Shown here piece by piece: positions 13,842-28,348 of a stretch of 64,000 bases of DNA. Both the position numbers and the translations under genes were made by a program. The notes under the pieces were generated by a model. It saw only the letters and a program-made list of their open reading frames with translations, ran no database searches and was not told the origin of the DNA. The stretch is from NCBI GenBank assembly GCA_964016885.1, contig OZ024748.1, forward strand, positions 54,188,001 to 54,252,000. Direction: 5' to 3'. Source of the DNA: Eledone cirrhosa (taxonomy: Eukaryota). Each line of letters starts with the position of its first letter. The stretch's first letter is position 1.

Positions 13842-14023
13842 GGCGGTGGATTGGCAGTATCGGTAGAGGGTCGGATGCCTTGACGTGTAGAGTTACGGCC
13901 CTTGCCATTCTGAGTTCAAATCCCGCCGAGGTTAACTTTGCCTTTCATCCTTACGGGGGTCGATAAAATAAAGTACCACTAATACACTGGGTAATTGCTG
14001 GCCTTGTGCCAAAAGTAGAAACA
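13842..14023 (+). mobile_element. Full-length young SINE S1 with 15-bp TSD
   Basis: A-box-like TGGCAGTATCGG and B-box GAGTTCAAATCC; TSD ATTATTATCATTCAG at 13827-13841 and 14024-14038; CpGs retained. The central motif resembles the Meta/MESC-type SINE domain (from memory, unverified). Confidence 0.93.
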
Positions 14024-14182
14024 ATTATTATCATTCAGATTGTATTTATTCTACAATCAACAACATCTTCACATATTTTCACGCTCAGAGATTTCCTGGC
14101 TGTAGAGCTGCAATCATAGTTAAGATTATATTACTTTCTTCTCAAATACTAAGTGGTCTTCAGATGGGTCTCTAAGTATCTA

Positions 14183-14345
14183 AACCAATCTTGGACAACC
14201 TGTGGCCCACCTACCACCTGCAGTTCATTTGCCTTTCTGTATGGCACGCCTAACTATAAGATTACCTTGAATTTTTTCAGTAGTGCTGTGTGATGAGCTA
14301 TACCTCATGCGGCCTGCTGCTTGAAAAAGATTGCTTATACCTGAT
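14183..14345. mobile_element. Degenerate hAT/Charlie-like MITE
   Basis: GGACAACCTGTGGCCC..ATGCGGCCTGC..TGAAAAAGATTGCTTATACCTG resembles the common CAGGGGTGGGCAACCTGTGGCCC..GGTTGCCCACCCCTG pattern. Confidence 0.5.
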
Positions 14346-14909
14346 CTAAACAGTAGGTATATATCTGTGTGTAATTACAATACATTAGAACAATGGATTG
14401 CAAAAAATGGTAGAACAAAAATTTATTTTAAGCCTTTCATTGCTATATTTCTAATGAAAAACATTACTTATGATTTTCACATAATTTTGCAAAAAAATCA
14501 AATCTTTGGAAAGATTTACTAATATAACTAACTTTCTCATTATGAAATTTGTGTTACGATCATAACTTAACAAAGGTTCTTACATAAAACTATGGTGGAA
14601 GGTTTTTAAATAAATATAAAGGTTTAAAAAACAACTCTGTATTAGAAAACCAGAGCTGGTTTTGGGTAGTTTGGGGCTAAGATTTTTGAGGAACTTTGTT
14701 TTGCATGCTAGCTAATATTTTTGCAGTCGTCCAGCTATAATTTTCTTGTAATGCACCTCTTTATTTGTGCTTAGGTGCACCATTGGTGTCTGTTTAATCA
14801 GTTTGTTCAATATAACCTAATTAAATTGAATAATTTCTTTTTATTAAGTCATGAAGTAACTTTACTTATAGCTGATATGTATGATGGTGACTGATATAGA
14901 CTCTCTCTG

Positions 14910-14979
<70 letters not shown>

Positions 14980-15048
14980 GTATGCGTGTATGTATGTATA
15001 TGTGTGAATATATATATATGTATATCATCATCATCATCATTGTTTAAC

Positions 15049-15108
<60 letters not shown>

Positions 15109-17326
15109 TGATGAATCAGCCAATGAAAATTCACCATAGATGTATTTTGTTTCACCTATTTACACTCATTGCCTTATATCCCTTCCAGAGCTGATAACAC
15201 ATGTAGCAGTAATGCACTGAGAATATATTTCAATTCATTATATACATACCCTCCAGTAATTGGTTTTGCAGTTAATCAAAGCAAATCAATTAGAAAGAAA
15301 GCTATACTGAACTCTCTCCCTTCTTTTTTTACTACTTTTTATTTAAAACAATTTTTTTTCCCCCTATTTTTATTTTGATATCCTATTTGTTTGTTTGGTG
15401 TCTTTGTTGTATATATTTTTAGTCTTTTTTTTTCTATGTTTAATTATTGGGTCCAAGTTTTTACGAACAATATTTATTTCTCTTAGAAGCAAAAGAAGAA
15501 GCTTGGAGCCTTTTGCAGGGCAATGGAGAGTTTATTTTCATTTACCACAAGCTGGGGTGGGGGTGGGGTGGGAAAGAGGAGGGGAGGGCACCTAGCCAAA
15601 AGAATCCAGCAGCAGGTAGCCATTATCATCACCATCATCAGTAGCAGTAGCAACAATTCAAAGCTACTAATGTGTTCATTTGTAAAAGCATCACCATCAT
15701 CATCATCACTATTAACTATTACCAACATAAAACAAAACATCATAAACAACATTATCAGCACTATTTGGTTTGTACTTCATCATCATTATCATCACCATCA
15801 CCACCACTATCACCATTATCAACTCAACACCATTACCATCATCTATATTATTACAGTTGTTAATACCACTATCATCATCAATACCATCACCATCATCTAT
15901 ACCATTACCATTATCATTACCATTATCAATACCATCATCACCATTACCATCATCTATACTATTTCCATTATCAATATCATCATCATCATTGTTGTTATCA
16001 TCATCATCACCATCATTGGTTTGTTTGTTGTTTTCTGGTTCCAGTCTGACTTTATGCTAAACACATAAGTCAGATGATGACACTGCAACCACTACCATTG
16101 CTACTACTAATACTACAACTACCACCATCAACACCACTACTAATACTACTACTGCCTCCAGCAACACCACAACCACTACCACCAACACTGCCATTGCTAC
16201 TACTAGTATTACTATCACCACCAACAGCACAACTAATACTACTACCACCAACTCTATCATTGCTACTACTAATACTACTATCACCACCACCACAACAAGT
16301 AATATTACCACCAACACTACCATTGCTGCCACTTAAAAAAAAAAATGGCTGGTTTTCTGCTTCAGAAATCTTTATTACCACCACATCCTCCTCTTTCTTA
16401 TCTCAAAATATATGCCATCTTCATTTCACCCATCTTCACTCTAAAATCTCTTATTTACATTTAACTTTTAATATTTTATTAAGGCATTATATTATAGAAA
16501 GGTTAAGGATTGGTTGCTTAGGGGGTTTGGGAGCTGGAAGGGGTATGGGGGCATTAGTTATGAGTAAAGATAGGGTTGATGTAAGGAGGGGTACAATGTA
16601 TACTTAGGTATCAAATGACACTTTTCCAGTTTTCATTTATTTCTATATTATCTGTCAGTATTTCTGTTTATCTAATCTATATATCTAGAAACACAGTCAT
16701 GCTTGAGGGACAATGTGGGTGTGTTTGAAAGTGTGTGTGTGTATGCATATGTGCTGTTTTTTTTAGTATATATTTAGTACTTCTTTTGGAAACCCAATTG
16801 TAAATTACTTATGCACTTATATACCTACATGGAGCAGTAATATATATATGTATGTGTGTGTGTGTATACATATGTATATATATATTATTAAGGCTAAATA
16901 GTGAGTTTTGTTTACTCTGGAGTTTCGCCTGTTTATCAGACAAGAACTAACGTCTCAATAGCAGACACAGTATAAATCAGGAAGATTTTTGTGGTGGGGG
17001 AGGGGTTTTAATTAAGAAGGGCTTGAGGTGGGGGTTTAATACTCTACTTTGGTATTGAGTACTCTTTTCTCTCATATATATCCGTCATAGATATATATAT
17101 GCCTAATTAACATATCTGAAGAGCAGATTGGGCTGGAGTCGGGTCTATAGCATTAATATAGATCCTGGGTCAACCATCTGTAAAACGGTCATAACTATGT
17201 ATAATCAATAAAGGGCCATACTGTGAAACCTGGCTTTGTTTTGAATATATACACTCTGCACTAGCGTAAAGTGCAGATTTTGGTACCCACCTCAGTAAAC
17301 CACCAATCTACTGAACCACCTAATAT

Positions 17327-17366
<40 letters not shown>

Positions 17367-17994
17367 TATATGTGGAAGATAGGCGTTAAACGATGGTGAT
17401 GATGATATATGGGTGTGTAAGTTTGTCAACTCGGTTGTTATCAAGTTATTAGATTTCAATATACTACTGTTACTTAATTTACCAAACACATTAGCATGAA
17501 TGCACTACAAATGTGAACACTGGAAGGTACCCGAGAATCTAACTAAATTGAAGTTCTTTTATTCAAGCTATATACATATATACACCAATTAAAATCTCAG
17601 CCATATATGTTAATTGAAATCACATTATTTTTGGAGCATGAGCAAGATTGATGTTGGAGAGTTTTTTTTCCTTCATTTTCTTGATTAAAACCAAAATTCT
17701 TTACCCACACGTTTCTAGTTAATAAGAGAGCATAAAATGTATTTTATTCTCGTATTAGCTTCAGTAAAGATATGAATGTGTGTGTGTATTCATCTTGTGT
17801 TACCCTCTGAACTGTTACCCTTTCTGATTTGAAACCCCATCAAATCACCCATGGTTTTACAATACAAAACTGTTTGTATACAGAATGATGTGCTCATGTG
17901 TGGAGATGCTACAAAATATCTTATAAACTAGGGTAAAGACCCTTAAAGGCAGAAAACGAAGTTGCCATTGGCCGCTTTATTTTAAAATGTTTAT

Positions 17995-18245
17995 CATCAT
18001 TATCATAACCATCCTATCATTTTACATCCATTTTGCCATACTTGTATGGATTGGACAAGTCTTTTCTAGCACAGCATCCATCCACTTGTATTTCTTCTTC
18101 ATCTCCTCTGTGAGCTTCAGCGAGTTAAGATCAGCTCTCACAAACTCCAGCCATGTCTTTCTTGGTCTCCCTCTACAGTACTTCCTTCCACTGGGTTTTT
18201 GTGGTACTTCTTCACCTAACAATTATCATCCATATGCATCACATG
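17995..18245 (-). mobile_element. RTE LINE 3' fragment
   Basis: CRGRPRKTWLEFVRADLNSLKLTEEM..VLEKTCP followed by a (TGA)n-like tail. Confidence 0.85.
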
Positions 18246-19514
18246 TTTATATTTATCAAAAATCTTTCCAGCATATTTTTATGTAAGTACATTTGTTAAG
18301 TTATGTTCCAAACACCAACCTATGCTTGTTACTTAATCCTTCCAAACTCTCGATTATTTTCAGAATGATTTGCAAATTATAGGTTGTATCTTTTATTAGA
18401 AATATGGTAATATAAGAGTTAACCTGTAACTATTTAGAGTTAATATTATCCCTTTTATTACTATTTGAAGAAATTTAATAGAAAGCCTAACTTTTTTTAT
18501 AAGTAATCAGATGTTTAGATTATTGCTTAACAAAAATATTCTTATATAAAATTATGATGGAAGCTTTATAAGTATGAGCATGTTAATCCACACAGGAACA
18601 TACTCTATTTCAATCAATTAATGAAGAATTTGGTGGGATTTACTAAATTTACTAATTATTTAATTATTAAGATGGTATTTGTAATATAACTTAACAACAA
18701 ATTTTTATATAAGATTACTTTGGAAAATTTTAATTTATAAGGAAACCATTTAATGTGGTTGGTTTTGTTCCATAAAACAAAATGCAGTTTTGAGTGTGTT
18801 TATCAAAAGACTTAAAGAGAGCAGTTTTGTACCCAAAGAATTAACTGAAGTTCAAACTGCATATAAACAGAAAATTATTGATTTCACCTGCCTGAGAGTG
18901 CTAGAATGGGCTATGGACATGGCCAGCCTTTCTACGACTAAATAGTGATAATGGTCTCTGACTGATACACAAACATACAAGCAATGAGCATATCTGAATT
19001 GATTTTTCTCAGGCTGATTTTGGTAAAACAGTTAAGTGCTTTTATTCTTTTACTAGTTTTAATCATTAGACTGCAGCCATACTTGAGCGCTGCCTTGATT
19101 TAGTCCATCATATTGTCCCACACTACTTTTTTTTTTTAAATTAAGTGTATATTTTATTGGTTTATTTTTTTGTCAAACCATTAAGCTATGAGACATACAT
19201 AAAGACAGACACAAATATAAAATCTCTCTCTCTCTGCATACACACATACATATCGCCATTGTTTAATTGTTTTCCCTGCAAGGGTTGGACATTATTTATA
19301 ATTATGGGTGGATTTACAATGGATATTGGGAGGTGACCATATTTAAAAAAGGTACTCAATACATTGGTAGATTATAAGCATCTTTATTTTATATAGGAAT
19401 GACTTCTACAGGACTAAAACTGTTTATATTTATATGAAATCATCAGGAATGTCCTATATATAAACAAAACATCTCTGTTTTTGTCTTGTTTATACTTGAA
19501 CCACTGACACACAG

Positions 19515-19545
<31 letters not shown>

Positions 19546-19564
19546 GATATATATTTATATATTC

Positions 19565-19725
19565 AAGAGAATTCTGCAGTTTCTGTCTATCAAATTCAAT
19601 ACATACAAGTCATTAACCAACCTGAGGCTATAGTTGAAGACACATGCCCAAGCCCAAGAGCCCACACAGTGGGTTGTAACCACGTGGTTGTAAAGTGAAC
19701 TCTTTAACCACACAACCATGTCAGT
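19565..19725 (-). mobile_element. tRNA-derived SINE, family S2 (degenerate)
   Basis: GAGGCTATAGTTGAAGACACATGCCCAAG..CAGTGGG..CTTTAACCACACAACCATG; related pieces at about 11860-11980(+), 9170-9380(+), 19050-19210(-) and 26710-26880(-). Confidence 0.7.
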
Positions 19726-20860
19726 GCCTATATGTATGTGTGTGTGTGAGAGTATGTTTGTATGAGATGAGGAAGGCTTTACATATATCATCACAAACAT
19801 ATCAGTCTGGCCCTGAACATGGTTTATAGGATGTAAATTGTTTACACAGGAGACTAGTCACATTCAGCCCAACATGGATTACAAAGCAGTTAGCAACAAT
19901 TCAAAATAAAAGAAAGTACCCTAGAGAGATGTTGTGGTTAGCTATTTGTTTCTCTCACTTCAAAAGTAATTTTGTTTCTCTTTTGTATTTTGTTATTTTA
20001 ATGACGTAATAACTATTTACAGAATGTATTGAAAGAAATTAAATCTAATTTCGGATGTTTTTCTTCTTTCTATGCATCTATTAATGTTCCAAATGCCAGC
20101 TTGATAATGAGAAAGTTAGTTATATTACAAAATCCCTCCAAATTCTTGATTGCTAAAAAAAATTAATTGAAAATCATAGGCCGTGTCTTCTTTCATTAGA
20201 AATATGGTAAGGAAACTGTTAAATAATGATGATTATACATACACACACACACATATATATATATGTATATATGTCAAAGGTAAACAGAAATAACAAAACA
20301 ACACAGTACAATGAAGAAATATATTAGTTTACTGCTTGAAATAATAGGAAAAGAGTATATAAATGTATGTCACTCTTTTTCTGCCATTGTTTTACTTTAG
20401 ATATATATTATTGTTAAATTTTTACAATTTTGTGTAGGAATAGAGAATTCTTTGTGTTATTTTCGTATTTCATCTCTATTTTGTGGTTTTGGAAGTTAGT
20501 TGTAGCTTTTGAGCAGTAAATCTCCTGATCTTGGCAGAATATATATCAAGAATTCCTTCATATATATTATTTGACATATATAGATTCCTTGCTACTCTTT
20601 TCATGATCATATCTCTACCAAGCCATACCTCTCCCAGCAACCTCACTCAATCTCATTATCTATCTCTATAATTAAAACCATTCTAGTTCTCATCTTCGAA
20701 CATTCATTATGTGGAGACACACACACGCACAAAAGAATATATAATATACATTCATGCATATATATATATATATTTATATATATCTGTGTGTGTGTATGTA
20801 TATATATGTATACATTTGAAAGTCTATATGTCAATAAGCCTATTAATCTTTCTATCATGA

Positions 20861-20892
<32 letters not shown>

Positions 20893-20910
20893 ATATATAT
20901 ATATATATAA

Positions 20911-21091
20911 ATAATTGTTTCTACTTTAGGCACAAGGCCAGCAATTATCCCAGTGCATTACTGGTACTTTATTTTATCGACCCCGTAAGGATGAAAGTCA
21001 AAGTCAACCTCGGCGGGATTTGAACTCAGATCGTAAAGGGACGTAACTATGCTGGAAAGCATGGCGTCCGACCCTCTACCGATACTGCCAA
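20911..21091 (-). mobile_element. Near full-length young SINE S1
   Basis: Reverse complement of the 13842 copy with high identity. Confidence 0.92.
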
Positions 21092-21476
21092 ATACTAGAG
21101 TGCCACCTTAAGGAGTCTTAGTGAATCATATCAGCCCCAATTCTTATTTTAACAAGCTCTATTTGTCGAACCACTCTTACAGGATATAAAATCATACAAC
21201 ATATACATAAACACACACAGACATACACTTATACAAACATCAACATATATATGTACATATATGTTTGTATGAATATGAATATATATATGTATATATATAT
21301 ATGCACACACACACATTATATTCCTGCAACAGGCTTATATATATATTTCATTTTTCTCCAAGATTAATTAAAATAATGTTATTTGAAAAGACATAGTATA
21401 AACCATGAAAATCCACTGGCAAAGATTGATATTGCTGGTTCTTTAGTTACCATTTCTGTAATTAATTTTGTAATGT

Positions 21477-21540
<64 letters not shown>

Positions 21541-21594
21541 AATGCATTCATGAAATCAATATATATTTGTATATAAACTGAAGTGACATATATT

Positions 21595-21625
<31 letters not shown>

Positions 21626-21801
21626 ATGTATAAATATATATAATCGTGTGTGAATAGATAGATAGAATGATAGATATACAAAATCCATTTACCTCAGACA
21701 CATGTGCTTTAATTACATTCCACTCATCCAGCAAGAAATGAAACTTGTCCACATTTTCTTGATAAATATAAACATAAAGACAATTTCATTGTTTTACTTA
21801 C

Positions 21802-21826
21802 TTGACAAAAATGAGATTTATTAATT
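21802..21826 (-). CDS. Candidate 25-nt microexon (phase 2 to 0: (K)INKSHFCQ)
   Basis: TATATTTGTGTTTCAG|AATTAATAAATCTCATTTTTGTCAA|GTAAGT; both splice sites are close to consensus. Confidence 0.55.
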
Positions 21827-21877
21827 CTGAAACACAAATATATTACATATGAATATATTACAAATGAATATATACAT

Positions 21878-21926
<49 letters not shown>

Positions 21927-21982
21927 TATATACAATACACATTTGGTATATACTTTCATATACACCATAAAAAGAAACACAT

Positions 21983-22014
<32 letters not shown>

Positions 22015-23187
22015 CCTTACACACTCACACACAAAGAAATATCATCATTGTTTTTACCTCAACTGGCAGGGATTGGTTGGGATGTTTTGAGGCAAGGTTT
22101 AACCACCAAATACCCTCCCTGCCAACCCTTTCTTGTGACATGCTGGGATATGGTGATATCTGTTCTAAAAACCAATATACATGCTGCATATTCACACACT
22201 CATCATCATCATCATTATTTAACATCCATTTTCCATGCTAGCAGGTGTATATAAACCAATGTTACAGCAACTCCCCTGTATTAAGAAAGGGTTGTAGTTT
22301 GCTGTAACATGTAACTCTATAACAAAACTGTACTTCTCTGTTGTAAATTGAGATGCATTTCTATCAAATTATTTTGGTACATTTGATAGTCCCTTGTTTC
22401 TTTAGTGTGACAGCAAACAAATACATTAAGCTCATTATTATAAGCAAACAATTAATGTTGAAATAAATCTTCCCAGAATTACAAGAAATATTCCATGTGT
22501 AAAAGAATTATGAAGAATTCAATGAATAAGTAAAAATGAAGTGGTCATGACCTGAGTATATATATATATGTAGAGATATATATAGATATATACATTCACA
22601 CACATATGTGTGTGTGTATAATTATATTTGTATATAAACGTTTATATTTATAAATATCTGTATATATGTAATTATACACACATGCACACATATGTACATG
22701 TATATATCTATGTGGGTGTATATACTTTAAACATCGAAGCTTGTTAATGTCTATATGTCCGGGTATAAATCATAGATGAAATCATAGCTATAACTACATT
22801 GTGGCTTTTAAACACATATTCCACAACACAAATACACATATATACACACACATTAAACACACACACTTATAGTCTTTCAAATATATATACTACAACATCC
22901 AAACACACATATGGAATCATAAATATAAGTATACTGGCTTTCATATATATATGTATATGCCCCAACACATATACACATATACACTTATTCTCACATGCAC
23001 TCATGCACAAAAACATACACTTATACACTTATACACTCATACACATGCACACTTACACACTTACTCACACATATGCACACATAAACTTATACAAACACAT
23101 GTACACACACACATACTCATACACACAGACACACACACACAAATACATTCAGACATGTAATCATAAATATATATTTGTTTCGTGCTT

Positions 23188-23209
23188 CTATGGATAAAAA
23201 TGGCAGCTC
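23188..23209 (-). CDS. Candidate alternative exon (phase 2: (K)SCHFYP*)
   Basis: Acceptor GTGTTTTTCCTACAG|GAGCTGCC; a unique island among simple repeats. The other two frames are open for longer, so the phase is uncertain. Confidence 0.35.
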
Positions 23210-25729
23210 CTGTAGGAAAAACACAACCACCATCACCACCAACACCGCCATCACCATCACCACCGCCACCAACAATAACTGCAACACCACCACAACAACA
23301 ACTGCAACAACAGGTGTTGGTACAGTCATTGTTCTTTTACTGCATTGATTTAACTTATTGTAGCACTGTCTGTATATACGATGCTAACTGCAGTAAACGG
23401 TAGATGAATATTTCACTCTAATTTACTATATACCACATTTATGCATATTTGCATATATGCATACATATAGCAGCCTATATTTTATCTTAATAGCTTATTG
23501 ATATTAACATTTGTGTGTGTATATACATATATATACATACAAGTACATACATACATATGCATATCATCATCCCCGTTTTACGTCCGTTCTTCCACGCTAG
23601 CATGGGTGCTTGTATATATAGAAATTTCTGTTTATTTATATACATGTAAATGTATATGTATGCATGTGTATGTATTCATATATATATACACACACACACA
23701 TTTGTGTATATTTATATATATGTACACACACACACACACATATAACTTAATAATTAGTTTATATTTGTACATACATACACACGCACACACACATATATAT
23801 ATATATATGTAAAAGGTAAACAGAAATAACAACACAATCAGTACAGTATATGGAAGGTATATATTAGGTTAATCCTTGTTTCCTAGCTAGCCATTCCCTA
23901 TTCCTTTTATTACATTTCCATATATGTATACATATATTATTCATAGATATGGAATACATCATCAACATCAACATCATTATATTGTATGTTTTACCAGGCT
24001 AGCATGGGTTGGACTGTGTTAATTACTGTTCCTACCATGCATTTCACACAGCAACAGAACATAACTGGATAGCTGTTTTGTTGTGTATGTCTTATATAGA
24101 AGATTGAGTATGCCCTGGTGTTGAACCATAACTAGAAGATGGTGTCCCATGATACTACCTCTTGCCTATATACTACTGTAAGCAAGTTTGTGTGTAATTG
24201 TGTGTAGGGTTTGCAGATATATCCTTAATTTAACATCACAAAAATAACCAGCTTGTGAAGGGAAATGTCCCATGCTGAAGGGTTTAAGGTCTCTCTCTCT
24301 CTATATATATATATATATCTCCCCCTCTCTCTCCTCACTACATTATTTCTTATTCAGAGTTACTGCCCTCTTGAACAGGTAGCCCCTGATGTGATGTGAA
24401 TTCCACTTCTCGCTTGGATGTTCAATTATTATGGGGGGTGGGGACACAGTTATGGGTCCATGCCAGGAAGGTTTTCTTACCACCCAGTGTCCATATAATC
24501 TTCTAAACATGTTCATATACATCAGCCGTAGAAAACTTGCCTGACAGTCCTATACGAGCAAGACATGGTCACCCGACCATTCTTGCCTCAAGTAGGACAA
24601 CTCCCGTCTAAACCCATGCTAGCGAGGAAGATAGACGTTAAACGATGATGATGATGATGATGATGTGTGATGTGTAGATGTATCTTAGAGCTGCTGCCAT
24701 GATAAAACACACTCTGTACACTCTGTAAAGTGACTAGTATTAGGTAGGACCTCCATCAAGGGCATGACAATTTCCCTGCTGTTGGTAAAGCAATTAAATG
24801 CACCTAGTACACTCTGTAAAGTAGTTGGTGCTAGGAAGGGCACCCAGCTATCCAGCTAGAGAAAACTTGCCAAATACAGGGTTGAGATTATTGTTCAGTT
24901 GTGTTAAGGGCACAACAACCTCCCTGCTGCTGTAGCAATAAAATACACCCAGAACACTCTATAAAGTATAGGAACATATATAAACAAGATGTCCCCCACC
25001 TCACCTCTTGGCCCAGGTGTGAGGGCAGTAGCCTCTGATTGAGTACTAACCTGGTCTGTGATGACCCATCAAACCTATGCAACCATGAAAAGAAATAGAT
25101 TATTAAATGATGACTGTGTTGATGATGATTGTGGTGGATGCTACAGTTGGATGCTCTTCCTACAACTTAATCCTTTACACTCCTGCAAGCATGTGCGTGT
25201 GTGTGTGTGTGTTTGCCCATATATGTGTATGTGTGTGCATGGGTATATGGTTTGGAAATATATCTTTATTTTGTTATAGCAAAAATTAGTGCAAGGTGAT
25301 GATAATCTAGTATGTATGATGATGATGATGGTGATCTAGTATGTATGATGATGATGATGAGAATCTAGTATATATGTAATGATGTAATGATAATGCAAAT
25401 GTAAATACTGATGACTTCAGTGATAGCGACTGAAGATAACATCATCACCGCTGTCGCCATCATCACCATATTATCATCCTCATCATCATCATTATCATTA
25501 TCAGCATCACAAACACCATCAAGATCGTCCTCGTCATGGTTATACTCATCCTTATCATCACCATCGACATCGACATCGTAATCATCATCATCATCAGCAA
25601 CAACAACAGCAGCTTCAACATCATCGTCATCTTGATCATATTTATCCTTATCGTTATCAACATCATCATCATCATCTTCATTACCCCCATCAACTCATCA
25701 ATCATTGCTGCCACCACTACTAATACCAC

Positions 25730-26480
25730 TACTTTTGCTATTACTACTACTACTACTACCATAAACACCATTACTACTACTACCACTAATACTACTACTA
25801 CCACTACTACTACCACCTCCATCATTAATATTCTTACTACTACCACCAACAACACCACTCCTATCACCACCATTACCACTACTACCATCACCACCATTAT
25901 CACTACTACCCGCACCACCATTATTACAATTACCACCACCAATACCACTACCATCACCACCATTATTACAATTACCATTACCACCACCAACACCACTACC
26001 ATTACCACTACCAACACCACTACCATCACCACCATTATTACAATTACCATCACCACCACCACTGCCTTCACCACCATTACCACCACCAATACCACTACCA
26101 TCACCACCATTATTACAATTACCACCACCATCACCACTGCCTTCACCACCATTACCACCACCAACACCACCATTATTACAATTACCATCACCACCACCAC
26201 TGCCTTCACCACCATTATTATAATTACCATCACCACCACCAACAACACCACCATTACCACTACTACCATCACCAACACCACTACCACCACCACCATTACT
26301 ACCACTACCACCACCAACACCACTATCACTACCACTGCTACCATCACCACCACCAACAACACCATTACTACCACCAACACCACTAACACCACCATTACTA
26401 CCACCACCACTATCACCACCACCATTACTACCACTATCACTACCACCATTATTACTACCACTACTACTATTATCACCATC
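25730..26480. repeat. Degenerate (ACC/ACT/ATT)n array with internal duplications
   Basis: Recurring ACCACCATTATTACAATTACCATCACC and ACTGCCTTCACC modules. Confidence 0.9.
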
Positions 26481-26865
26481 TTCTCTACTGACTGACTGCT
26501 GTGATTATAATGAATGCTGCTGCTATCTCTATCAGCACCATTCCATGATAACAGGTTAAACATCCATGTATATTCATTTAATACATAGACATTTACACTG
26601 TCCTAGAAGTAGTGCAGTGTTTATACATGTTATATATTGGAAAGGAGGACTAACTTCTGGGACACTTGCTATGTATGTTTCTATGTGCATATTCTTATAT
26701 ACATTTGCTGGATTCAGTCATTAGATTGCAGCCATGCTGGAGCATCACCTTGCTATAGTTGATCATACCAACTCCAGTACTTTTTTTTTTCAAGTGTGGT
26801 ACTCATTTCATTGCTATTATTATTATTATTATTATTATTAGTTGTCAAATGGTTTATTTACGGGA

Positions 26866-27012
26866 TATAAACATAGACTCACACACAGACACAAACATAG
26901 ACTCACACACAGACACAAACATAGACTCACACACAGACCCAAACATAGACTCACACACAGACCCAAACATAGACTCACACACAGACACAAACATAGACTC
27001 ACACACAGACAC
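26866..27012. repeat. 24-bp tandem repeat x6
   Basis: AAACATAGACTCACACACAGAC(A/C)C. Confidence 0.95.
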
Positions 27013-27559
27013 ATACACATGTATAGATATGGCACATTTTTGTTACCATATTTCCAGTGAAAAACATTACTTATAATTTTTAAATAATCAGGAATTTAAA
27101 GTGATTTACTGATATAAATAACTTTCTCATTATTAAGCTGGTGTTTGGAACATGACTTAATGAAGGTTCTTACATAAAATGATTATGAAATGTTTTAAGA
27201 TAAATATAAACGCTTCAAAATAAACAGTCTTACGGTTTTGTACCATAAAACTGGTAGCTGGTTTCAGGCGGTTTTGGCATTAAAAGAGTTACAAGAAATA
27301 TGAACAGAAGAAGAAGTGAGGGAAGAATTGCGGGGAAGGAAGGAGGGGGAATGTGTGTGTGTCTTTATTTTCACAGCATATTTATTTTCTAAATAGAAAA
27401 GTGGCAGTGACTTCGAAGTTTCAGCTTGATCGCTTCACTGCACGTATTTACATTTTGTTTATATTTCCCCAACCCCCAATCAATTCTAGGGGGCCATCCT
27501 TGTTGACTAATGGCATTTGTTTTGTCCCATTGACCACCACCAACCATAGTTGTATAATA

Positions 27560-28050
27560 CACACACTGCTGATGATAGTTTCTCCCAAACTGTCCAGATT
27601 GGTGATAGTTTTATGATATGGACCACTGTCCCCTCTGAACACAGCTCAACACTGCTGATAGGTTTATCATACAGATGATCACTGATGCCAGCTTCCTATA
27701 TTAACCATTAGACTAAGGTTTTATTGTATTGAGTATTGGCGATAATTACATTATACTGGTCACTGCTGGTAGTTTTATTACCTTGACCACTAGTGGTACA
27801 TTTATTCTACTACTACTGCTGATAGCTTTATGATATCAACCACTGGGGATAGTTTTGACCATTGCAAACTGTTTTATTATACTGGACTACTCTAGGGGTT
27901 TTAATTATACTGGCCATTGAGAATAATTTTATGACACTGACCACTGGTGCTGTTTTTTTTATTAGAGTGACCACTGGTGGAGTTTTACATACTGACCATG
28001 GATATTAGTTTAATTACATTGAGCAATGATGAAAGTTTGATCAGTCTTCT
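27560..28050. repeat. Old degenerate tandem repeat of about 27 bp
   Basis: Approximate consensus CACTGCTGATAGTTTTATTATACTGAC, about 17 diverged units. Confidence 0.7.
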
Positions 28051-28104
28051 CACTAGTAACAATGACCACTACAGGCTGAAGACAGTTTGAATTTGATGTA
28101 TTAG

Positions 28105-28170
<66 letters not shown>

Positions 28171-28286
28171 GTATACTTTATTATGGCTAAGTGACAAGTC
28201 TTGCTACTGTGGAGTTTAATCTGTACAGGCACAGGATCATCCTATATTGAGTATTCATTCTCATGTCGGCCAACATCACATAGGCA

Positions 28287-28348
<62 letters not shown>

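Noticed and set aside
25408-25440. CTGATGA-CTTCAGT..ACTGAAG-ATAAC hammerhead-like motif
   Set aside because: No GAAA or stem III; the (GAT)n context makes CTGATGA likely by chance.
25463-26563. 366-aa and 319-aa ORFs (poly-V/M, poly-T/I)
   Set aside because: Trinucleotide array open on both strands; no splice signals or domain.
26866-27012. CRISPR-like regular repeats
   Set aside because: No unique spacers, eukaryotic context, no cas genes.
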